A DNA stretch of 42,328 nucleotides from a virus (taxonomy: Duplodnaviria > Caudoviricetes). Positions 1 to 10,200 of the stretch are shown here, one piece after another. Made by a program: the position numbers and the translations under genes. Positions within the stretch are counted from its first letter, which is position 1, and each line of letters begins with the position of its first letter. Location: IMG/VR virus record IMGVR_UViG_3300034066_000621, positions 1 through 42,328 of that record. One strand, 5' to 3'. The notes under the pieces were generated by a model. The model was not told the DNA's origin and searched no databases. It was given only the letters and a program-made list of their open reading frames with translations.

Positions 1-64
1 CTTTGTCCATTTGAGCCGCTTCTCCCAATATTGTTTCTATTAAAAAGTTTGATAATTCGTTCAT
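1..64 (-). CDS. 5' end of a gene running off the window (MNELSNFLIETILGEAAQMDK...), function unknown
   Basis: ATG at 64-62, frame open to the window edge, preceded by the ATATTTATA motif at 81-89. Not in the ORF track. Confidence 0.7.
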   Translation of the reverse strand, partial: MNELSNFLIETILGEAAQMDK

Positions 65-80
65 TATATAGTTGTTCCTA

Positions 81-89
81 TATAAATAT
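81..89 (-). promoter_or_regulatory. Putative phage (late) promoter ATATTTATA
   Basis: Plus strand TATAAATAT, 16 nt upstream of the ATG at 64; motif recurs in many intergenic gaps. Confidence 0.65.
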
Positions 90-95
90 TCGATA

Positions 96-521
96 TTATT
101 GTTTTACTACTTTCATACCACTACCAGCAGGTTGATTTTGAGCTTCTAATTGTTGTTGCTCTACTTGCTTTCTAGTTGGTGCACCTGGTTGATATTGAAT
201 TGTTCCATCCTGCATATTAATTCTTCCTTGAGGGAATTTTTCATCCAATTCATCAATTACTTCTTTTAATTGTAAATTTGTTGATTTGAATTCATCTTCA
301 CCAGTTTCCAAAATTTCATCTAATTTAATTAGTTCATCTTGAATTTCTCTTTTTCTAATATAAATTTGTCCAAAGCTACTAATTAAATTATTTAATTTAA
401 TATTTAAATTATTTATTTTTTCAATAGAATCTTCTGGTAATTTTTCTATTGCTATTTGAACAGATTGTGTTTGTACACCATTGTTTTCTTCTGTTGTTGG
501 GATGTTATCTAATCCTGCCAT
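96..521 (-). CDS. Small coiled-coil protein, paralogue of 3947-4231
   Basis: Shares NL..[SE]FGQ....KRE...E..KL....E..F......L.EL.....G.I....G...Y with the 94-aa ORF. Confidence 0.8.
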   Translation of the reverse strand: MAGLDNIPTTEENNGVQTQSVQIAIEKLPEDSIEKINNLNIKLNNLISSFGQIYIRKREIQDELIKLDEILETGEDEFKSTNLQLKEVIDELDEKFPQGRINMQDGTIQYQPGAPTRKQVEQQQLEAQNQPAGSGMKVVKQ

Positions 522-547
522 AATTTTGATTTTTTATTGTTTATATA

Positions 548-556
548 TATAAGTAT
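548..556 (-). promoter_or_regulatory. Variant phage promoter ATACTTATA
   Basis: One mismatch to ATATTTATA, upstream of ATG 521. Confidence 0.45.
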
Positions 557-572
557 ATTGTTTTTTTAATTT

Positions 573-1721
573 CTATAAGAATTTTTCCAATTCTTTTATT
601 ACCATATCCGATGTTATTGATTTTGTACATTCAAATTGTCTATTAGTTCCTTTGTGGTCTGGGCACCAATTCCAATCCGATGGGTCTAATCGTAATCTAT
701 TAAAGCATCCTTCACATTTTCCTTTAGGAGATGCTATTCTTATACAATCTTTCATTTCAGCCCAATCATATGAGAATCCACTAATCAATACAGTAGGAAC
801 ATTCAAACTCCAACTTAACCAACTCAATCCGCTACCAATACCAATGAATGCTTTTGATTTTAACATTTCATCCATTACCAATTCTAATGGTCCGTTTGGA
901 TGCTGGATTATTCCGTTTGGTAATTTATTTCCCATATAATCATCACCCTCCTTAGAAAGTAATTTTACTGTATATCCTTTTTCTTTTAACCAATCAACTA
1001 CATCCTGCCACCCAGTTGGATTATTCCAAAACTTAGATTGCGCCGTTCCGAATACACCAATACATACCTGTTTAAGATTTGGGTCTATATATGGTTTTCT
1101 TTCTTTTAGTTTAGGTCTTACCTCTATGTAATCCAATCCTAAAATATCAGAACACATTTTTTGCATTGTTTGTGTTTTAGGGTCTATTGGATTTTTTAAA
1201 TTGTTTATGGAACTATCCTCATTATAAAATAAACCAACACAATACATTGCAAACAAATTTTCAACATTAGTTCCAGGATTAACAAATTCTAAGTTTGGAT
1301 ATTGGTCTATAAACATATCATTCATAAATGATGATACTATAACTTTACAATTATGCTTTTTTCTAAATTCCTCTGCATATGGAAACCAAGATAATGAATC
1401 ACCTAACGCTTTTGAATCTAATGCAATATAAACTCTTTTATTAGTTGCATCATAAACATACTCATACCATAATTTATTGTTTTCATAAATTAAAATCTTC
1501 CATTCTACAAAATATTCTATATTACATTTACACCAACAATTATTTCCTATTGTAGATGTAAATTTAACTTGTCCAGTTTTATTATCAATAAACTGAACTT
1601 TATATTCAGCTACTTTGCTTCCTTTTATTTCTACCCAAGGACCTCTTACAAAATGAAAATTTATTTTATTTTCAATTGGCTTTATTTCGTTTGTATTCTT
1701 TTTTAAATTATCGTATATCAT
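573..1721 (-). CDS. Aah/TibC-like (autotransporter strand-loop-strand) O-heptosyltransferase, GT-B fold
   Basis: Motifs ALGDSLSWFPYAEEFRKKH, TAQSKFWNNPTGW, FIGIGSGLSWLSW..VPTVLISGFS, and the four-Cys cluster CEGCFN..WCPDH..QFEC typical of the iron-binding BAHT family. Start moved from TTG 1730 to ATG 1721, which overlaps the upstream stop (TAATG). Confidence 0.85.
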   Translation of the reverse strand: MIYDNLKKNTNEIKPIENKINFHFVRGPWVEIKGSKVAEYKVQFIDNKTGQVKFTSTIGNNCWCKCNIEYFVEWKILIYENNKLWYEYVYDATNKRVYIALDSKALGDSLSWFPYAEEFRKKHNCKVIVSSFMNDMFIDQYPNLEFVNPGTNVENLFAMYCVGLFYNEDSSINNLKNPIDPKTQTMQKMCSDILGLDYIEVRPKLKERKPYIDPNLKQVCIGVFGTAQSKFWNNPTGWQDVVDWLKEKGYTVKLLSKEGDDYMGNKLPNGIIQHPNGPLELVMDEMLKSKAFIGIGSGLSWLSWSLNVPTVLISGFSYDWAEMKDCIRIASPKGKCEGCFNRLRLDPSDWNWCPDHKGTNRQFECTKSITSDMVIKELEKFL

Positions 1722-3892
1722 TAACTCCAAGTTTTAACTGTTAAATCCAATAGGGAAAATCCTTCTGCTTGCTTACTATACATTTTATTAGTTGTATAAC
1801 GAGGTCTTGGGTGATTTGCAAATACATGATTGAACCAAAGGTCACCAACATCCCATCCACAATCTTTAATTCTATCAGCCCACCATTGTTTCTCTCTATT
1901 AGGAATTAAATAACAATGTGCTAAGTCTTGATTTGCAGCAGTCTTTGAAAACAATTCATCTACTTTTTGTTTACTTCTTGATGGATTATCTGCAAAACTA
2001 ATAAATGGTACATTATCTCTTTCTGATAGGAAACATGCCCTATTTACTATTTCAACGAATTCTTCCAAACCAGTATAAATAAATGCATCTGCTTCAAATA
2101 CTAAAGTGTAATCAAAGTTTTCAGTATCCATAGTTTCCAATGCCATTCTATGTGCTAAGTAACAACCATAGTGTCTACCGGTCATCCAACCTAATCCAGC
2201 ACCAGGATACAATTCACCTGGCTTATTATCTTTACTTATATGCTCAGGTCTTCTACAATTTTCAGCAGGTGCGAATCCTTCGTATGGTTCGTTTACAATA
2301 GGTTTGTAATACATTCCATATTTTTCTAATTGTTTGATAGATTGAATAGATACTCTTTCTCTCATATCATCCGGTCTAGTCAACATATGCTTAATCTGAA
2401 TACGAGGTTTCTTTCTTGCAAAAGACCTAAATCCTTTATGGAATTGATTGTAGAAAAACTCATCTGCTGCTTGAGTAACTCCACTAAATACACCATAATC
2501 ATCTCCACTTATAATTCCACCGGGCGTTACTTTATTGTACCAAAGTTTAATATCTTCCATCAAAGATTCATAGGAATGGCCAGCATCTAACATTATAAAA
2601 TTAATGCTATTATTTTGAAATTGATTTGCTGCATTGTGTGATGTATCTTTAATTATATCAAATGTTGCGTAGTTGTTTGATAAGACTGTATTATCTACAA
2701 ACTCATAAAATATATCTCCATTAAATGCTCCAACAATATTTTGATGTAATTCTTCATCATCAGTACCTTTCCAAGTATCAACACAAGTAAAATTAATATT
2801 CTTTTTAGATTCTCTTATTTTTGTTGCTAAGTAATTTGTAGATTTACCAAACCAAGAACCAACCTCTACAAAATTTGAACCATGCGGAGCGGTTTCAACC
2901 ATAGCATTATATAATTCCTCATAAGCAAACCAACCAGGTATTTCATTAAATTCAGGATTTAGTTTTTCTAATATAATTCTTTTAGTTAATTTTAAATCAT
3001 CATTAATATAAGTAACTAATGAATTGTTATCGTAAGTATCTAAGTATGTATGTAATTTTCTAAATATAGAAGGTAGTTTATATGATAATGCTTCTTTAAC
3101 GGATAATGGATTTAATTCTATCTTAGATGCAAAATAAAACATATCTACTGCAGAATAGAATTTATCAACATCATCACGCTCTCCCCATATCACGCAATTT
3201 TCAGGAATATATTTCATAAGAGGTGCCCAATAATTTTCAAAGTTTCCAGCTTGGTTTCCTACAAAATGAAATTTAATTTTATATTTTTCTAATTGTCTTG
3301 CTATTGCAAATATTTCACCTTGATTTTTGCCTGGTGCAAATAATCCAACATTTAATACATGCTTATATGTTGGGTCTAATCCTAATTCTTTTTGTGAAGC
3401 CTCTTTATCAAAAGTATAATCTTCGATTGGATATTCCCACACATCGGTTTCAATACCAATATCAATAAATCGCTGTCTACTCCATTCTGAAACCAAAACG
3501 TATTTATCAGGATGATAATTTATTTCGGATGGTTCGGTCAATGAACCATGCGTAGATGCTATTATAAAATAATTTCTATCTTTTGTAAAAATCTGGTCTA
3601 ATATAAATGGAGCTAAATCAAATTGTGGAATTTCCTGAAAGTGTATGATATCAGGATTAAATTCTGAAATTACTTTAAGTATTTCGGATTTATCTTCTCC
3701 TAATGTATGAACCTTTACTAATGATTTTATTCTATTTTTTTGAACTACAAAAGCATATCCTCCGCTGTTGTTTATTTCAACAACTTGGATATCAAAATCT
3801 TTTATAAATTCTTTTACCTGCTTATATAGGTATTGTGGTTGACCTCCCGTAGATAAGTGGGGTGCAACATAAAGTAACTTCTTTTTAGACAT
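1721..3892 (-). CDS. Three-domain fusion: GT4-type glycosyltransferase + class I SAM methyltransferase + GT25-like glycosyltransferase
   Basis: aa ~1-310 PHLSTGGQPQY, NVGLFAPGKNQ, ELNPLSVKEALS. aa ~315-495 EVGSWFGKS, VDTW, LDAGHSYE, GGIISGDDY (Methyltransf_24-like). aa ~497-723 GCYLAHR, LVFEADA, AHCYLI, DLWF. Confidence 0.8.
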   Translation of the reverse strand: MSKKKLLYVAPHLSTGGQPQYLYKQVKEFIKDFDIQVVEINNSGGYAFVVQKNRIKSLVKVHTLGEDKSEILKVISEFNPDIIHFQEIPQFDLAPFILDQIFTKDRNYFIIASTHGSLTEPSEINYHPDKYVLVSEWSRQRFIDIGIETDVWEYPIEDYTFDKEASQKELGLDPTYKHVLNVGLFAPGKNQGEIFAIARQLEKYKIKFHFVGNQAGNFENYWAPLMKYIPENCVIWGERDDVDKFYSAVDMFYFASKIELNPLSVKEALSYKLPSIFRKLHTYLDTYDNNSLVTYINDDLKLTKRIILEKLNPEFNEIPGWFAYEELYNAMVETAPHGSNFVEVGSWFGKSTNYLATKIRESKKNINFTCVDTWKGTDDEELHQNIVGAFNGDIFYEFVDNTVLSNNYATFDIIKDTSHNAANQFQNNSINFIMLDAGHSYESLMEDIKLWYNKVTPGGIISGDDYGVFSGVTQAADEFFYNQFHKGFRSFARKKPRIQIKHMLTRPDDMRERVSIQSIKQLEKYGMYYKPIVNEPYEGFAPAENCRRPEHISKDNKPGELYPGAGLGWMTGRHYGCYLAHRMALETMDTENFDYTLVFEADAFIYTGLEEFVEIVNRACFLSERDNVPFISFADNPSRSKQKVDELFSKTAANQDLAHCYLIPNREKQWWADRIKDCGWDVGDLWFNHVFANHPRPRYTTNKMYSKQAEGFSLLDLTVKTWS

Positions 3893-3908
3893 ATTTTATT
3901 AATTGTAA

Positions 3909-3940
3909 CAAATATACAAAATAATTCTCAAACTACCAAA
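3909..3940 (-). promoter_or_regulatory. Bacteroidota primary-sigma promoter (-33 TTTG / -7 TAnnTTTG)
   Basis: Minus strand TTTG (3940-3937), 20-nt spacer, TATATTTG (3916-3909); 16 nt before ATG 3892. Confidence 0.75.
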
Positions 3941-3946
3941 TTTATT

Positions 3947-4231
3947 TTACTCAGCTGATTCGTAATAAACAATACCCTCATTTAGGTCAATTTCTCCCTT
4001 TGAGTATGTTTTTTCCAATTCCTTTAAAATATCTGCCATTTCGTTATTGATTTCATCAAAACGAGTTTCCATTACCAATTCAATTTTCTCTAATTTTGAT
4101 ATTTCGTTTTTAAGTTCTCTTTTTTTAAGATTTAATTGTCCAAATTCCATTACTAAATTAGACATTTCTTCTCTTTTTGATTTAATACTATCTAAAACTT
4201 CAGTAGATAGAGATTCTTTTAATTGTGCCAT
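3947..4231 (-). CDS. Small coiled-coil protein, paralogue of 96-521; possible fibre-associated chaperone
   Basis: Heptad pattern, directly downstream of the tail fibre, own ATATTTATA motif. Confidence 0.8.
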   Translation of the reverse strand: MAQLKESLSTEVLDSIKSKREEMSNLVMEFGQLNLKKRELKNEISKLEKIELVMETRFDEINNEMADILKELEKTYSKGEIDLNEGIVYYESAE

Positions 4232-4254
4232 AATATATTATTTGTATGTATATA

Positions 4255-4263
4255 TATAAATAT
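4255..4263 (-). promoter_or_regulatory. Putative phage promoter ATATTTATA
   Basis: Exact motif upstream of ATG 4231. Confidence 0.65.
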
Positions 4264-4270
4264 ATAGTTT

Positions 4271-7200
4271 TTAAATTTTAGAACTACTAATTTCGTTTTC
4301 TAATTTATCTAATTTTTTTGATAATTCTTGAATTGCTTTTAATGCATGTCCTAATAAAGAATCATAATCAACTTGCAATTGAAGACCGTTTGATTCATCC
4401 AATACCAACCCATTTAAAGAAGTCTTTTCAACATCTTGTGCAATAACTCCAATTTTTTTATGACCAATTGGTTCACCGGTTTCACAATCTTTAAATTTAA
4501 ATTTCTTTAAACTCAATTCTTTAATTTTTTCTATACTACCATCTTCTAAAATTTCAATTTCAGTTTTTAATCTTTCATCTGATGGATTTGTTCCATTTGC
4601 AACTTTAATTTGTAAGTTTGCGTTATTACTATATCCAACATATGCAAAATATCCACCAGGGCCATTTGGTTCTAATCTAATAAAGTTGTTACTATTAATA
4701 CGCATTCCGCCACTTGCCGAACCTGCGGCTTGTGTATCATATATAGACATTACAGATCCGGCACTGGCTGCGATATATCCACCCGATGAACCAATAGTAA
4801 AGTTTTCAAAACTACCAACCGTAAAATCATTTGCAGCTGAAATAGAATCTCCCCTAAATTCCACACTTGCTCCCATAGTCTTTATGAATGGGTCTCCAAC
4901 ACCACCAGTAGCGTTTCTATCTACTTTAAAAAATGTATTTGTATCTTTTATAATTTGAATACCACCACCAACCATTTCGGTTTTTTCTATCGATGGTACT
5001 ATGGATGTTCCGTAAAAATATAAAGCATCATTTAAGTATCCACTTACATATTGATAATCATAATATGGTGGTGTAAAAATTTCAATTTGCTCACTTGAAT
5101 ACAGATCTATATACGGTCTTACATAATATGTTGCAGAAGCTGCAGCGGTAAATACTGAATTAAAACTTTCTAATTGAACAGTTCCACCAGTGTTACTATA
5201 CACTCCATCAGATAGAATAAAAGCCGCATTTTCTTGTGTTGGTGTTGAATTTGTTGAAAATATCAACCCATACCCAATAGCTCCCCAATCACCTCCCAAA
5301 GTTACGGTTGGTATAAATCCAGTTCCCCAACTAAATTCGTATGTTCTACCTGCTACCAATGTACACGTCGCAGTGGCAGTAGCTCCGTATTTAGGAGTAC
5401 CATCCCCTTGAATTGTTCCCAGTGGTACATTGGTGGTTTCAGAAAATACTGCAGTTGCTGCAGTTAAATTTGTCAAAGATGGATTTGAATTTACATCAAC
5501 TACTAAACTACCACTATAAAATACTTCAAATGCTCCTCTAGTTGAATTTAGTTTAAGTTGTCTGTTACTATCGGCACTTGTATATTGTAATCCAGCTGAT
5601 GTTATACTCCACCCTCCTATATTTCCTTCAGTTGCGTTTAATACGCCAGATACATCTAACGTAGCACCATTAAAGTAAATATAATTGTTACCAGGCAAAA
5701 CTGCTTCTCCAAATCTAAGTCTACCACCAGCATCCATATAAAATCCCTGCCCATCAAGTATGTTAGATGCATCGGCACTTCGTATAAATCCAGAAGTTCC
5801 AGATGTACCCTCAACACCCATTACCAAACCTCTTGTAATTGTTGCATCTTGTGCAAGTAATACATCGGTTGCTACCGAACTAAATTGTGCACCAAATGAT
5901 ACCCAATTCGCATTTGCACCAGTAGGAGTTCCCCAAGCCGTACCATCTTGACCATTTAATGATGTGTTATTAACTAAATAATAAGTGCTACCAACTCTAA
6001 CAATATCCTTTCTAGTTGGTGTGTGGAAATAAAGTGTACTAGTTGAAAAGTTTCCTCTGAACGAAACACCAGGGCCCGGACCACCACCAGTTCCAGACGT
6101 ACCACTTACACCAGAAGTACCACTTGCACCAGACGTACCAGAAGTACCTCCGGCCGCAAACACAGTCCAAGTGTTTGTTGCATTTGGTGGATATCCCGTA
6201 TCAATGTTTGTATTGTTAGTAGATGTGTGATTAACTGAATTTATATAACTAGAACCATTATAACTTACGGTATCATTAGGATAGTATATTGTTGCAGATG
6301 CCCAAGGTCCTCTAAAACTTCCCTCAGGAACGCCCGGTGTAACTTGTCTGATAGAACCAATAATAGTTAATGTATCACCATCCCAAGACATTCCTTTTCC
6401 AGAAGTTCCAGTTGTTTTAATTGAAAATCTACCCGTAGTTCCAGAACTTCCATTTTCATAAATTCCTAAGAAAATACCAGGTTTATTATATCCAATCACA
6501 CCAGTAGTTACAGTTGTACCAGATGTTCCAGCCGTACCAACCGTTGAGTTTTGGCCAATTGCTATATAAGGGTCAGGTCTTCCTCCAGCTAATACAATAT
6601 TTGCAAACCCACTCGTACCATCTTTAGTACCAACGTTAATTGTATTTTTAACATATGATTCCTCAAATATTGCAATCTTAGCTGCCACAAAGAATTCTTC
6701 CTCACCCAAATATTCCCAATACACATTAGTACCATCAGGTGTTGGGTATTTAAAATCTATTTTATTATATCCAGCAGGTGGGGTAGCTCCAGTATAATAA
6801 CCATCCTGACCAGGAACTATTGTTGGATTATTATATGTGTTAGGCCCACTTCCACTAATTGCTCCGTAGTATTTTGTTGTACCAGGAACAGGACTATAAA
6901 TTACCGCATCTCTACGAGAATTACTTGTTTGATGAGAACCTATATAATCAGTAAGTGGTGACCATTCTCCTCTCATTACTATACCAGGTCCTACATTACC
7001 TTCAAATTGAACTGATAATGATTGAGTTTTGAAAATCGTCTGTCTTCCTTCACAATCTATTTGATATACAATATTTACAAGCGGATTATTTTCAGGATCT
7101 GTCCAAGTCGCAATACCAGCAAAAGTAGCTGGAGCTCCACTAACAAATTTGCCTTCATATGGTGCTACAATACCACCCAATGTAACAACGTTGGCTGGAG

Positions 7201-10200
7201 ATACAGAAGAAATACTTACTCTACATTTATCTTTTGATAATCCCGAAACCCCATAAGCATCGGTATCAGTTGCTGGCATTGTTGATGTATTCACTAATTC
7301 AGTTGCCCCTCTATAAACTCTTATTACATTTGATGTTGAACCTAAATCAAATTCACCAGATACTCTATATACCGCAGCTGCGTTTTCATTTTCCATCTTA
7401 ACATCATACGGAGGTGGTGGAGTAAATTGTACAGCTATTGATTGAGTTACAAATTGAGTCTGTCTAGCTAACGGCCTTACCAATGGGTCAGTTGTAGATG
7501 AATCTCCTTCAAAATCAACTCTATATACAATTTTTCCAGATGTATTTACAGCTGGAGATTGCCAAGCTGTTATATTTGCAGTTTCTGCAGGATTCCCAGT
7601 AAGAATAGTTGGTGAAGTAATCCAATTATCTTTATAAACTATCGATGCTGATGAAAATCCTAATGCTCCAATCGGGTCACCATTATAATCTAAATTTGTA
7701 TCAAATAAATTTGCTTGCGGTAATGGATGTTGGTTTATTAATTGTTGAGTACCATTAAATGTGGTAATTTTCATACCTGTATTAGAAAATACATAAGGTC
7801 CCCATAAATCTGCAGTTATAGAAGTACTTTCATTTGATGCTACTAACTTATATGAATCGGCCCCAGCCTTTACACCAGATATTGTTAATTGAGCTTCAGC
7901 TCTATATGGATTTAGTGTTGGGGATACATATGGATTACCATCTGTTATTTTAACTTTGAATGTCTTTATCGTATCAGGACTTATATCATTATAGTTTACC
8001 GGTGGTAGTGTAAATGTTACTGGGTTTGAACCAATATCTCCAGCAATTGTTTGTTCACCGGATTCCGAACCATCGGAAGCAATATCAGATATTGTAATAA
8101 ATACCCTTTCTGCAGATGATGTTGTATTAAATGCTGTTGCGGATAATGCGATTGGCTCTTGAGATGCGGCAGATACTCTACCATTTCTATCATAGTTTAC
8201 CGTATAAGAAGTTGCTTTAAAATCAATACTACGAGCTTTTGGCGGAGTTACATTCTTTGTAAATGTTTGAGTTCTTGTATAAATTGATGAAGTTGGTAAA
8301 TGCCCAGCTCCCAATGCATATGGATATACTTGAATTGTATAAAGTGCACTTGCCGAAACATATGGATAATCAAATCTATCATAATTTATTCTTCCCGTCA
8401 ATCCAGTTTTAGATGAACTCATTGATTGTGAGAAAGAACCGGTCATTATAGAAAACATATCAACACCAACTATTGGTGTTTGAATTGAATTAATAGTGTA
8501 TGTACCTTTTCTAGCATCTGCATTCGCAAAAGATTCGGTTGTTGTTAATTTTAAAAAATCATCTCCTTCTTTTACTTGTATTGTTGTATTAGCTGCCAAA
8601 TATCCAGACGGTGTTACAAATCCAACTTCATCAGCAGTTAATGTTGCGTTTGCTGGCGATATTGTTATTTGAATTGGTGGAGCTCCTTCCAATACTTTAG
8701 TATAATTAACAACCACACTTGCAGTATAAATTGAAGATGTAAAATATGGATGTATTATCAATGGATATTCAATACTTCCGCTCAAATCTGTCATATTTGA
8801 TGAAGCACTTACTATTAAAGATGCTGTGTATTGCGTTCCAAATGATGATGTAAAATGTACATTACCAGCAGTAATATTACTATCTATTATAGATGAGGTT
8901 GATGCATTTAATATATAAAATGTACCATGCGTTTCCAACTTATTAGATTCAGATGCACTTGAACTAAACGCAAGATATCTAGCACCTTGCTTTAATCTAA
9001 TATCAGTAATAGATGGTTTATAATCATTTACAATACCTCTTGAATTTGCTCCAAGTGTAATTGCTATTGGATTTACTTCAAATACAATACTCTCATCTCC
9101 AGGTTTACCTTCAGGAACAATTGTGAATGTTTTATCTAAACTAACAGATGCCGATGTCCAAGGTTCAGTATATGTAAATGTTAATGTTAAGTTTTTAGTT
9201 TGCGATAATGGACTTCTTACATATAATGATTCAGGTCCCTCTGGTTTTTGTGATGGTATTGTAATTTTATTTTCATCCTTTGCAACAACTGTTATTGTTG
9301 GATTTAAACTTTGAGTATGATAATACATCCAATATTCAGGAACCCAATCTTTGTTTATTGACATAGATGGATAAATCTGAAATGATGCCGTTACCGATTC
9401 AATTTCAGCTGCTGCCGTTCCTCTCTTTGCAAAAGATGCCGTAGCAAATCCAAATGAAGGTCTGAATGTAGTTTCAGTTCTGGGATTTATTGTGAATGAA
9501 TCTGCGTTATATGTTACAATACCACTATCCAATCCATCTTGTAAATCTTCTAATATAATAGATGCCACCACCGAACCAGATGTATTAAACGCCCAATCCG
9601 ATGCAGCTGATTGAGATGAAATCAAATATATCGTTCTTCTAAAATCAATTGAATCTCTATTAAAAACTGCATTGTAATTTATCTCACCACTACCCAATGA
9701 ACCAGAATTCAATCCGTATATATAACTACTTGATAATGCATATTCTAAGTTTACAAATTTTTCACGAAATCCAGTTGCAGAAGAACCCGTTACTAAAATA
9801 TGTAGTTGCTTATCGGGCCAACCCTTCTCAGGCTTAGTTGTACTACTAAGTTCAATATCATTTACACCATCAATTCTTACCGCTTGAATTTCTAAAGATG
9901 CGGTACTACTATTTCTAATTTGAGTTCCTCTATAAGGTCTAATAATATGATTAACTCCACCAAATCCATCCAATACTTTAGTGAATATTACTGTATCGGT
10001 AAATCCTTCAACTTCTCCTGTAATTTTTACAAGTTGTACTAACTTATCACCCCTAGAACCAGTAAAATTTCCAACAGTCATTGTTGGTGTATCGGATGTA
10101 ATATCACTAAGTAATCCCGGATATCTTTGTCCTGTAAATGATGCCGTATAGTCTGACCCAAATAACTCATTACCAAAAAAATCAAAAGATTGAGATGTAT

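Noticed and set aside
1722-1730. TTG start for the heptosyltransferase
   Set aside because: ATG at 1721 overlaps the upstream TAA, a coupling pattern repeated at 29525 and 32000.
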